Shown one piece after another: positions 35,488-45,632 of a DNA stretch of 64,000 nucleotides. A model generated the notes under the pieces. The model did no database searches. It was not told the origin of the DNA and saw only the letters and a list, made by a program, of their open reading frames with translations. The stretch spans positions 1 through 64,000 of the forward strand of contig NW_027191470.1 of assembly GCF_011745625.1 (NCBI RefSeq). Reading direction: 5' to 3'. Position 1 is the first letter of the stretch, and every line of letters begins with the position of its first letter. The stretch is from Cladosporium halotolerans. Its lineage: Eukaryota. Both the position numbers and the translations under genes were made by a program.

Positions 35488-38351
35488 TCATGAGCCTTGG
35501 TCCCGACTGTCCTTCTGCTGCTTACTCAGCCGTCTCCGCCCTTGCGCGTCTACGCTGAAGCTCCTTCTTCTCCTTCTGCCTCTCCTTTCTCCCTCATCTC
35601 CATACCCATCCCTTTCACGCGAGGCCCCTCTGGGAACCCTAGTCTCAACCTCCATCTCAACCACGTCTCCCTCAGGCGACGTAGTTGCAAGGCGGGTGAA
35701 ACTCTTGCGCGCTAGAGGACTGCGGCCTGTTCTTTGAGCGGATGAGCCGGGATGGTAAGTTCGTGGAGGCATCAGGAGATGAGGTGGGTCGTTGTCATGA
35801 GGCTGAGTGGGCGTGTATGAGCGGGGCTGAGGTGGCGGCGGATTTGGATTCCTCTCTCGAGACGGAATGCCGAAGTGCATAGAGACCGAGGAGGAAGAGC
35901 TCAAGCAGCGGGAGCGGCCGACTACCGGCGGATCATTGCTACTTGCATGGCGCGATTCGGTATTCTGAGCGCTAGTAGGCTGCGCACGAACAGGCGCTGG
36001 GGGCAACGATCGAGGCGCCTCAAAGTAAGCTCCTCCTGCGGGCCGTTGGGCTGCTTGCTGGTTATGATACGTCGTGGCAGCTTCGATACCTACGAAGCTT
36101 TCCACGCGTCGAGGAACCAAAGTCGAACGACTAGATGCGGTCCCCAATCCCAGCGATTGCCAACTTGTCCTTTGAGACGCGATAGCTGTTTCTTGCTCTC
36201 CCGGAGGGCGCTGGGAAAGATCAGGCCGTAGGACCTCCGAGTCGTTTGCTTGGTGATACCAGCCTCCAGGGAGCTGCTCAGAAGGAGCAAATCTGCCTTG
36301 TAGATGACTGGGAGGCTGCAAAGGGGCGTGAATATATCTGTTCGTCCGAGCTTCTGCCGCTGGCCTAAAGGTTTCTGGATCGACGTTCAGGTCATCTCCG
36401 GTAGCTTCTGCGTCGGCGACGACCTGTTCCGCTGTCGTCTTTTCGTCCGCCTTCCCTGCATCGGCTCTTGGTCCGCCCCAGGTTCGTTGACCTGCAGTGC
36501 ATATGCCGTACTGGCGTTCCAAGTCAGTGTATGGCATTAATACAGAGATGAAGCATACTCACCACCATGTACAACCAATTGAAAGCAGGGTTGACCACGA
36601 ACATGAGCGGATACAACATGATCTTGTATCGACCAAGCTTTGCACCGAAGTAAAGCATCAAAACCCAATTCAGCCCCAGGGACACAGCGATGAAGCCGAC
36701 CGGTAGGTTCTTGATCTTTTGAGAGGTCGTGAGGATGGATATGACCATAATGAAGAATAGAAGGGCTGTTGTGCGGATCGCGTTCTGGGCGAGACGTATA
36801 ACCAGCAAGAGAGGGTAGCGTTTCCACAGGCGTATGTCAGTTAGCATGCAGACTTCGTTGGTGATGAAGCCCAAGAACCACCGTCGGCGCTGCTTGAGTA
36901 AACTCTTGAACGTTTGAACAGCCTCGGTCTTGCAGAATGCTCCAGTGTTCATTTGGATTTGGTAGCGTTCCTTCGCACTCTACACCATCGGGTTAGCCTA
37001 GGTTAGACCGCAGTATCATTAGCCCGCACGTTAATGTACTCACGACCATGAACAGATGTGTCAGGAACCGATCCTCTCCTAAATGGTTCTTCCAATAGTC
37101 GAAATGATCCTCGCACTGCTCCGCCTTATCCGCGAAATAAAACTTCGCCAGCTTGCGAAAAGCGCTGAAGCGAAGCATGGTGAGCGCGCCGGGCAGACAA
37201 GTCACAGCGCCGCAGCCGCTCTCAACCGTCCTCTCGAATAATTGGCCGTGCACATATTCCATGTCTTGGAGGACAGTGATGAGCCGATGCTTGACCGTGG
37301 TACTCGTTATGATTCCCGTCTGAGCAAGCATATTTCGATTGCTGCCGGGTTTCAGCTCCATCTCGTACATGAAGTTCTGTATGCAATGCGCGTCGAGGAT
37401 ACAGTCACTGTCGATGAAGAGCATGAAAAGATCGTCATTCCGGCGAAGGTAGTCTTGGTACACACGATCGATGAGGCGAAATGTTTTCTTTTGGCAGCTA
37501 CGCTTGCCTCCATGGGGGAACCGAGACACCGTGATGCGGCAGCCGCGGTAGGCAATGTCGATACTTCGAGGAAATGACTCGAGGGTGATCGGTACGCCCA
37601 GTTTCTCAATTGTCCGGAGATAGAGCTCATTTTCTTCCTCGCCGTCAAACGAGAGGAAAATGTGCAAGCAACTTGGCGGGTATGCGCAGTCCACTAGGGA
37701 GTCCACTGTGCGAAGGAGAATCTCCGGCTCTTCGTTGTAGCATGGCATGATAATGACGACCTTCGGCGCGGTATGCTCATCCAGAACGTATTTGATCCGG
37801 CGTTCTCTTCCAACGTTGTTGATGACCAGCTGGTAGACGCAGAACAACCAAGGAATAGTCAATAGCCCAGCAAAAGACCAGAACGCGAACCTGAAGCGGC
37901 TGGTTAATATCCATGGGCCTCATCAAGAAGCTCAACGGTAGCGTGCGCCATCAACTGCGCCTCCGGTGGTACTTACTATGCAGCAGTCAGCACTCTCCCG
38001 GCAGCAGTATCTCACTTCGCGGCTGTCATCACATACCCATTGTAACACCTCCACCACCCCTTGTGGGAAAACTCTCACGATCTGTGCCGGTAAAGGTAAT
38101 GTGACAACCATGATGGGTAGGAACACACACCGCATTGCGATGAAGAACACCATGTTAGCAACCGCCAAAACCCGAGTCGACCACTTGTCAGCCTTCTGCG
38201 TCACCTTCATCAAACAGAACAGAAATGCCAGCAGCCAAAGAATCCATTCGAGTAAAGCGGCAACCATGATAGTCCCGACGATGGAGACGTAGATGATGTC
38301 TTCCACAGGCCAAGGCTCATTGAGCGCTCTGTTGAAGAGGGCGGTAGCCAT
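35488..38351 (-). CDS. Chitin synthase (ChsD-like, simple GT2 class), multi-exon
   Basis: PCYNE, FIDSD, QDMEY, VTCLPGA, LGEDRFLT and QRRRW motifs, with N-terminal TM helices and a low-complexity C-terminus. Confidence 0.92.
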
Positions 38352-38959
38352 TGAGCAAGGAGAGCGGGAAAGCGAAGGAGAAGATGTTTATGACAAGTCC
38401 TTGCCTTTTTGTCAACTTCGGGAATATTTCATGTGCAGATGCCGCGCCCGGTAGCGCAGGTACCCGTGGAGAAGGCCCGGCGCGCTCGTCACACAGGTGA
38501 GCGCGAGGGCGGTGCAGTGCGACGTAGTTGTTAGGGAAGATGTGGACGGGTGGCGTCATGTAGAGTACTTGTGGCGCGGCATACTATACTGTAAAAACGG
38601 ATGGGAAGTTGCGGCGAGATGCAATGCGCCGAATCAGGGGCGTCTGCCGCATTGGACAAATATATGCTTCCTCGGCTCGACAGGTGAAGTGGTTTCAAGG
38701 AGGCAAGGCAAAGCCAAGGCAGGAACGACGTCGACTGACAAATCAGTACTCATCCATTGACAATCTTATATTGTGGTCAAAGACCATAGTCCCGACGTCC
38801 AAATGATATAGTCAATGTCTTGTGATGAAAAAGCTGCATCACAATAAATGTCCACGAGGGTTGTTCTAGATTCCGTCACAAGTCGAGGGCATCCTTGGCT
38901 TAAGATTTATGTGAGATTTATAATGCAATAGATTCCAGTTTGCGTCATCAGCAACCAAT

Positions 38960-39150
38960 GGCACTTTGGGTAAGCTTGCACCAAGTATCCTTCTGGTCAT
39001 CTCAGGCATTAACAAATTCTCCAGCGGAGTGGTTAACGCGCTGCCCTGCTAAGGCAGTTCCGTAAGTCATGCCTCAGACATTCCATGTCGTCGATCAAGT
39101 CCTAACAGCCATCCAGTTCGGGAGCGTGTGTTCGAATCACACAGGTGTCG
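38960..39150 (+). tRNA. tRNA-Ser(GCU) interrupted by two spliceosomal-type introns (38970-39024, 39062-39116)
   Basis: Spliced 81-nt product: GGCACTTTGG|CGGAGTGGTTAACGCGCTGCCCTGCTAAGGCAGTTCC|TTCGGGAGCGTGTGTTCGAATCACACAGGTGTCG. Acceptor GGCACTT/AGGTGTC with discriminator G, D-stem GCG/CGC, anticodon stem CTGCC/GGCAG with GCT, variable arm TTCC-TTCG-GGAG, T arm GTGTG-TTCGAAT-CACAC. Confidence 0.9.
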
Positions 39151-39155
39151 ATATA

Positions 39156-39162
39156 TTTTTTT
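39156..39162 (+). terminator. Pol III-type oligo-T terminator after the tRNA
   Basis: T7 run beginning 5 nt after the discriminator base. Confidence 0.75.
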
Positions 39163-39607
39163 GTCTTTATCGCGGGGTGACTATGAACGCCCTTCGGAGT
39201 ATGATGTTCACTCCATACTTCTTTGTAGATTGCTTTTGCAAATCGGGACGTAGGGCTCTGTTCGACACAATGACAATGTGCGCTATTCCGTCCTTTCGTT
39301 CAAAAGGAAAATCTACAAAGCACGCACCGCTTTCCTGGGAATTCCCAATCACCACAAAGCCCAGATGTTACAGCAGCGTCTTCGAGTAATAACGATGGCT
39401 CTCACGGTTTTCCTCGAAGTCGACGTGCAGATCGCTGCAGCAACAGATCATACCGAGGTCACGCTTCCGCGATAAGCTTATCGGCATCAAGGTAGCGTCA
39501 TTCAACCTCACCTCCGTTCCAGCGATACAAAGAAAGAGTCCTATTTTTATTTTTTTGACTGTCAAAATAATACCATCGTGATACCCTATCTTTACATCAT
39601 ATTTAAA

Positions 39608-40501
39608 ATGGTTACGGAACGAAAACCGCTCACGTTCCTCACGTTACCACCTGAGATCCGCAACTCGATCTATGCCCTGCTGTTCATCCCTCCCGTAGAC
39701 GACTCGATACCAGAGATCCCAGACATTGAATGCCCGATCGCAAAGGCGCTCTTACCAGACGATCACGATCCCAAATCCTACGATGACGGAGGCAATGCAT
39801 GTGACACCAAGCCCACCGTCTCAAAACGTCCGCCATCACACCTTGACACTCTCCTCACGTGCCGCCAGATCCATCGCGAAGCCCAGCTTCTGGCGCTGAG
39901 CACCACCATATTTCATCTGCATTCGACGATCGCGCTGCCTGAGGCCTTCGCATTGCGATCACAATCGCTGTCAACGCCGAAACTAGGCGCGCTTAGACAC
40001 CTGACCCTCACCGCTCGAATCACGCAGCTGCGCGCCTTGAACGAGACATGGAATGGCCGGCCGTTCGGACAATCAAGTCTGCAATTGGAGACATTGACAC
40101 TGGTCCCTTTGCGGCCAAATGCAGCGAACACAGCATGGGCGGAGGTCGCGGAGCTGGATCAGTGCCACACACTCGCGCATGTGCTGGCCGAGACGCTGAA
40201 GAAGCTGAGCAAAGTGAAAGAGGTCAGAGTCGTGAACAAAGGATGTTTCGGCGAAACAGTCTGGCCGTTAGTGTACAGACATCTGGTGTTCAAGGTGTGG
40301 AAGTGGGGCGGGATGAACTGCGGCGTGAGGGTGGATTGTTCTCGGAATAAACAGGAAGGATGGTTCAAGGCCTACCTGGACCAGCCTATAGACGAATGCT
40401 GCGACAGAAAAGGGAGGGACGCCTGTATTGAGGCTTTCCGACTCATGGGTGCCGAGGGAACAAACCCGAATGCTGTCGCTGGCATGCCATGGGAATCGTG
40501 A
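39608..40501 (+). CDS. Hypothetical protein with F-box-like FLTLPPEIRNSIY N-terminus
   Basis: ORF of about 300 aa with LPPEIRNSIY and LLTCRQIHREA motifs. Confidence 0.75.
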   Translation: MVTERKPLTFLTLPPEIRNSIYALLFIPPVDDSIPEIPDIECPIAKALLPDDHDPKSYDDGGNACDTKPTVSKRPPSHLDTLLTCRQIHREAQLLALSTTIFHLHSTIALPEAFALRSQSLSTPKLGALRHLTLTARITQLRALNETWNGRPFGQSSLQLETLTLVPLRPNAANTAWAEVAELDQCHTLAHVLAETLKKLSKVKEVRVVNKGCFGETVWPLVYRHLVFKVWKWGGMNCGVRVDCSRNKQEGWFKAYLDQPIDECCDRKGRDACIEAFRLMGAEGTNPNAVAGMPWES

Positions 40502-40647
40502 TCATTCTTTGCCTGATTGAAGAGTTGTACATTGTAGAAACGTAGACTCGCAAACAAACTCCACTGAGAACGCCCGGCGTGCAGCAAAAGAATTAGATGT
40601 TCCTGCAGCCAATCTTATGCCTTCTGGTATCAAAACAAAGACTTCCT

Positions 40648-41187
40648 TTACCTCTTCCTCTGTGCGCCCCTGACCAGTAGTCCGCCGACGACTCCTGCAG
40701 CCACGGCAAGGCCACCAACAATGGCAACGCCAAACAGCCCCTCCTTCTGCACCTTATCTTCGATCAGATCGCGCAGGCTCTGCGCTTGCAGGTTACCCTC
40801 CTCGATCTCCAGCAGGCTATCGGTGTATCGCCTTGCCTCCGCATAGTTCCCAAGCTTGTAGTGTCCCAGCGCAAGGTAGTAAAGGCACTCCCGTCGGCGG
40901 TCGGGGCTCTGGCGGAAGATATCGGAGAGGAGCTGGACGCCGAGCTGTTGCTCGTCGCGCTTGTTCGATTTGATCAGACCCCAGGCGTAGTTGAACTTCG
41001 TCTGGAGAGAAGGGTATGGGTCCTCTTTCTCATACTGAGAGCGAAGGACGGCGAGCTCGGCGGGTTTGAGGGCGGATTCGGCGTCGGCCGCGTCTGGGAG
41101 GCGGGTAGTGTTAGACATGACCGCGCTAATGCTTGAGGTCGTGAGCAAGGTATACATATACTTACAAGGTAGTCTGTCGGAAGGCAT
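40648..41187 (-). CDS. FIS1: Mitochondrial fission protein Fis1
   Basis: LPYAADAE (after one intron), [25 protein letters not shown] and a C-terminal TM with basic tail. Confidence 0.95.
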   Translation of the reverse strand: MPSDRLPCKYMYTLLTTSSISAVMSNTTRLPDAADAESALKPAELAVLRSQYEKEDPYPSLQTKFNYAWGLIKSNKRDEQQLGVQLLSDIFRQSPDRRRECLYYLALGHYKLGNYAEARRYTDSLLEIEEGNLQAQSLRDLIEDKVQKEGLFGVAIVGGLAVAAGVVGGLLVRGAQRKR

Positions 41188-41300
41188 GGTCGTGTGTATC
41201 GTGGCGCGCACGTGGTGATTTGTTCTAGAACTCCCGTTTGCTCTCGCTGCCGCCTGCGATCAGCCGGGCTTCAACTCAGCGGTTGGCCATTGCGTCATTC

Positions 41301-41323
41301 ACGCGCCGGTCCGCCAACGCGCG
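41301..41323. promoter_or_regulatory. MCB-like ACGCG pair in the FIS1/SPC24 divergent promoter
   Basis: ACGCG at 41301 and 41317, upstream of a kinetochore gene. Confidence 0.35.
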
Positions 41324-41521
41324 AGCTAATTCCCCAGACTAGACCAACTCTGGAACTTTGTTTCCAGAAGTAAACATGAGCCTTTCGAGATACTGCAACT
41401 TCAGCATCTGATTACTATACCACCTATACGTCGCGTACAGAGCTGATCTAGCAGCACTTGCCCTCGGCCTCTCTGACACTCCCAAAGTCTTGATCCACAC
41501 AGTCTCGACAGTTTGGTCACT

Positions 41522-42224
41522 ATGGTTCTCTTCGACGAAGATCCTGTCACGGTACGGCATCACGAGGTAAACAACAACGATTTATGCTAACACAACCTCC
41601 AGCTCATCTCAGAGACGACGAACCAATTCCACATCGCCCCCGACAAAGACTCACTCACACGAATTTCCTCGTCACTGAACGCACTCGGCTCCAACCGCGC
41701 GTCTCGTCTTGCAGCACAGCAAAACGCGCTCAAATCACTTTCGCGCCGCCTCAACAACCTTCACTCCCAGCACGAGTACGAAGAGAACAGGCACGATGCC
41801 GGAAAACACGCGAGTGAGATTCTTGCGCTTGATGCGGAGAAGTTCAGGATAGCGAAGAGCGCGTATGATGTTGAGGTCGAAGGCGAAAGGCTGGAGGGCG
41901 AGTTGGCTGGCCTGAAGGCGCAGTTGGACACACTGGAGAGGGAGGGCGTCGAAGGTAGCAGGAGAGGGAATGGCGATGAGGGAGATGAGGTCTTGTATGA
42001 GGTTCGCTCCTCCACACACCGCAAGCACTTGCTAACACGGACTCGGCAGACTGAAGCTCCAAGTCTATCGCTCTCTGGGCGTGGATGTCTCTCAAGATGC
42101 AAACACTGGAACATTCAACCGCGCTGTAATTCGCAATCCGGCGAAAGGGGACGTTAATGTGGTCAACGTGGATGGAAAGCTGGACAAGAGCTTTTACGCC
42201 AACATGTTCTGGGACAGCCTCTAA
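41522..42224 (+). CDS. SPC24: Kinetochore Ndc80-complex subunit Spc24, 3 exons (not in ORF track)
   Basis: Spliced MVLFDEDPVT|LISETTNQF...HASEILALDAEKFRIAK...EVL|LKLQVYRSLGV...GDVNVVNVD...FYANMFWDSL*. Confidence 0.88.
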
Positions 42225-42565
42225 TGCCATGAGATGGTCTCATGGTCCCCCGGGATTCTGAGCCTTTGGACTTGACATTCACATTCGGGGTTTGAATTGG
42301 AGTATGGCGTGATTTTAGAATACCCCGCTGGCAAGTAGCACCTCATGATGATTATAATGACTATGCAGATCTCGTGCACCCTTCCTCCATTTTGTCTCAA
42401 GTGGGGTGCTTCTTGGTTTGGGAAGACCTTGGTCCAGTTGTCTGTATGCGGAAGCGGGAGCCTTCGCAATTTTGAGCGGCACGATATAATGTCAAATGCA
42501 TCTCGTGAACGACCGAACTGTTTAAGTGGTGTCTATGATGGTTCCCAAGCCCTAGCATGCTCTCA

Positions 42566-43357
42566 CTACTTTGCAGGATGAGTTGGCAAGGGGTTCGCCG
42601 GCGCATCCTCATCACCGTGGCCGCCCTCCTTCTTCTCCAATTCCTTTTGGTACATCTTCCATAGATCCTCGACCCTCTCGCCATCGCAACAATCGCCAAA
42701 CAACTTCGTCTGATCATACTTGCCTTTCCTCAAGCAAGCATTGATCTTCCTCACCAGGCCATCCCCAAATTTCTGCTCTAGCCACTCAAGAAAGTAGCCC
42801 GTCTTCTGATATCCACCATCCCACCCTCCACTAGCTTCCTGCCTCCAATGCGCCGCTCCAAGCCCAGCTCTCAAGCGAACCCAGTCTGCGATTCCCTCCG
42901 TCAAGCCGCCCGGACAGCTTCCCCCAGCACTCCATTGGAAGCAGTGCACGAGTTCATGGCAAATTACGCCTAGCAGCTCGTGACGCTTGTCACCGCCCTG
43001 TGCGCATCTCCGAATATACTGTGCGTTGATGTGGATTTCCTTGTGATCGTCGTCCAAGTCCAGGCCCGTCGTGTATGCCACCCCATCGAACTCGCGCACA
43101 ATGAACGTCACACTACGCGTGCCCGGGCGTTTAACATGCAAGGGAGAAGCTTCCGGCGAGTCGTAGAGAAGGTTGAGGACGTTCTGGACCTGAGCTTCGA
43201 GGTCCTCATTGCCATGGATGTTGGAGAGGAAGATGGAAGCGCCTTCGTGTGCGAGGTCGCGGAGTTCTAGACGCAGAAGAGGGGTGGGGAAATTGTGTCT
43301 GCGGACTACGGGAGTCGGACGCATGATCGTTGTCGGTGAGGTGATGGCGGGAGACAT
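42566..43357 (-). CDS. BSP (basic secretory protein)-family zinc peptidase-like protein
   Basis: HELVHCFQW (HExxH), PGGLTEGIADWVRL and WDGGYQKTGYFLEWL. The start is uncertain. Confidence 0.85.
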   Translation of the reverse strand: MSPAITSPTTIMRPTPVVRRHNFPTPLLRLELRDLAHEGASIFLSNIHGNEDLEAQVQNVLNLLYDSPEASPLHVKRPGTRSVTFIVREFDGVAYTTGLDLDDDHKEIHINAQYIRRCAQGGDKRHELLGVICHELVHCFQWSAGGSCPGGLTEGIADWVRLRAGLGAAHWRQEASGGWDGGYQKTGYFLEWLEQKFGDGLVRKINACLRKGKYDQTKLFGDCCDGERVEDLWKMYQKELEKKEGGHGDEDAPANPLPTHPAK

Positions 43358-43952
43358 CGTTTGTTGGAAGTAGATGGGAGTCGCAGAGGATTGGTCGAGC
43401 GCAGCCATCAGACAATGGCAATTGCAGGTATTTATATTCTGTAATGTTACCTCACGCAACTCAAATGGATGGAATGACAAGTCAAGAAATCTGCAGAAAT
43501 GTTGTGATGGTTGCTGGTGTAGGGCGCCTTGGGTTGAGGTGCAAGGTGGTGTGTGGCAAAGCGCCAGAGCCGCCTTGAATCCGAGCTGGCAGAGGGTGCT
43601 GACACGCTCTACCTAGGTAGGTATCATCAAATATTCCAAGATCCAAACGTACCTTGTGACAAATTTTCCGACAACTGAATGAGTTAAGTGCGACTACAGG
43701 GCTACGTGAGTGTTCGGCAACGAGGTTGGTCATGGGCATAGATTCCGCTCGTAGTCCACCCGAAGATTGGTCGCTCATAGACCGGACTTCTCCAACATGG
43801 CGAAGACCCAGAGATTTGATACATCAAGCTACTATTCAACACTCAAGAATTCTAGTGTATGGAACTTGGCTAATCTTCCTTACGACCCTTCATACCCATG
43901 CCATGACCTTTACGCCTCGCTCAGTAAAACAATGATCAGGACCAAGCTCCCC

Positions 43953-45632
43953 TCAAGAGCTACTCTCAAACTTACTGCCCACCTTGACTTTGCCTAAAGC
44001 CTGTCCGTTATGATCCTCAAGATTCTCTGGGTCTGTTCCATTGGGCAAGTCAGACGTAGAAACATGCCCAACGTTGCTGTTCGATCCATCCAGGTGAGGT
44101 GACGCTTGCTTGGGTGCGTCGACTCCTTGCGGGCTCTGCGGTGCAGAAGCACTCTTTGAAGAAGCACTGGCAGCCAGTTGCGTCGGTAAATTTCCAGGAT
44201 CCTCTTCTCCGTGCTGGCCGTACGGTCTGGTTCCCTCTAACTCGTCGGCCTCGCCCACTGTCTTCCCATTCGTCTGACTTCTCACACTACTGGCTCGGCT
44301 GATCAAGGCGCTGCCTTCCTTCTCAGCTCGCAGGCCAAGTTGCTTGTCTGAATCATCGCCCGTGTCTTTCACGCCATGCCAATCTGCCGCCTTCATATCT
44401 TTCGCCTCTTCGCCTTGCTCGGGTTCTTTGACCTCGATTCCAGGTGCCCCATCCACCTGGGCAGCTTTCCAAACAACGGCCAGACGGTCGAAAGCGCGTG
44501 TCCCCTTGCGTGAGGATCCCTTAACTCCGTCCATCGCATCCCAGTCAATTTCGAAGACGCCAGATTCTTCTGGTGTACCTGCCTTCTCAGGGCCCTGACC
44601 CTCGAAGAAGATATTGAACCAGACGTGCGCGACTGCTGTGACCATTGTAAAGCCTCCGACTTTCGTCTTGTTGCGTCTTTCCACATCAACATTAATGTCG
44701 CTTGAAGGCAAGACTACGCGCGAGGCAGGACGGAAGACCACGTCGCCACCTGTGGAGCTGTCCATGGTCTTCGTTGAAGATCTGGACACGTGCTTTTCCT
44801 CCTTCTCCAGCGGATCTTCAGGGTCAGATGTCTCGTCTTTCTTCTGCAAAGCGGTGTTCTTGCCTCTGCCCATCACGTCTTGAACCACATCGGCAAATCC
44901 ATTCTCTTTTTTAATCTCACCTCTCACGATCTCCCTCTCCTTTTTCGAGAACGTATGAAACGTCTTGATGAACTTGCCCTCCTCGGCGAACCCTTCGATT
45001 GACAGCTTAACGCCATCTCTCAGTCCCCAAACGTGAACCTCCAAAACCTCGGCAGGCCTCTCGATGTACTTTTTGCCGCCCTGGGTCCAGCGATCGACAT
45101 ATCCCAACGTCCTAATCTGGCTGGGAATGCTGATACCCGCTCCAAAGCCAGGGCGCATCCTCCTCTCCGTGAACCGAGCCTTTGCATCCTCCACTTTCCA
45201 CCCTTCTTCAGCTATCAAGTAGCTACAGCTCACCGTTCCGCTCCTGCCCTTTCCAGCCTTACAGTGTACGACAACAACCCTGTCATCTTTCTCCTTCAGC
45301 CAATTGCGCATGCTGCCAACAATCAACGGAATCAGGCCGAAAGGCGGCGGGTGATGGTCGGGCCATGGATAGTGTCGTATGCGGCCGTAGACCTCCTCAT
45401 CTGGATATCCGGTGCCCTCTGCTCTGAACTCCCATATCGCCCATTCGGAGCCGTGCTTAGAGTCCAGGAAGCTCACGAGGTCTTTGAGCGGGTTGCGATA
45501 GGCGATTTGGGGGAAGGTGCCGCTGGGACCGGAGGTCGCGATGATGTTGTCTGTCACGTAACAGAGATCAAGTCCGGCTTCGGGGTGTCGTGCGCGTGGG
45601 CCTGCGACGATTTGGCGGAGGAGGGAGGCCAT
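43953..45632 (-). CDS. TEP1: PTEN-like PI(3,4,5)P3 phosphatase
   Basis: LDLCYVTDNIIA, WPDHHPPP, catalytic HCKAGKGRSG and IPSQIR. Confidence 0.92.
   Translation of the reverse strand: MASLLRQIVAGPRARHPEAGLDLCYVTDNIIATSGPSGTFPQIAYRNPLKDLVSFLDSKHGSEWAIWEFRAEGTGYPDEEVYGRIRHYPWPDHHPPPFGLIPLIVGSMRNWLKEKDDRVVVVHCKAGKGRSGTVSCSYLIAEEGWKVEDAKARFTERRMRPGFGAGISIPSQIRTLGYVDRWTQGGKKYIERPAEVLEVHVWGLRDGVKLSIEGFAEEGKFIKTFHTFSKKEREIVRGEIKKENGFADVVQDVMGRGKNTALQKKDETSDPEDPLEKEEKHVSRSSTKTMDSSTGGDVVFRPASRVVLPSSDINVDVERRNKTKVGGFTMVTAVAHVWFNIFFEGQGPEKAGTPEESGVFEIDWDAMDGVKGSSRKGTRAFDRLAVVWKAAQVDGAPGIEVKEPEQGEEAKDMKAADWHGVKDTGDDSDKQLGLRAEKEGSALISRASSVRSQTNGKTVGEADELEGTRPYGQHGEEDPGNLPTQLAASASSKSASAPQSPQGVDAPKQASPHLDGSNSNVGHVSTSDLPNGTDPENLEDHNGQALGKVKVGSKFESSS

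Noticed and set aside
39025..39150. Reading the tRNA as a 5'-truncated pseudogene or SINE head
   Set aside because: The missing 5' acceptor strand GGCACTTTGG is present exactly one GT-AG intron upstream and pairs with the 3' strand.
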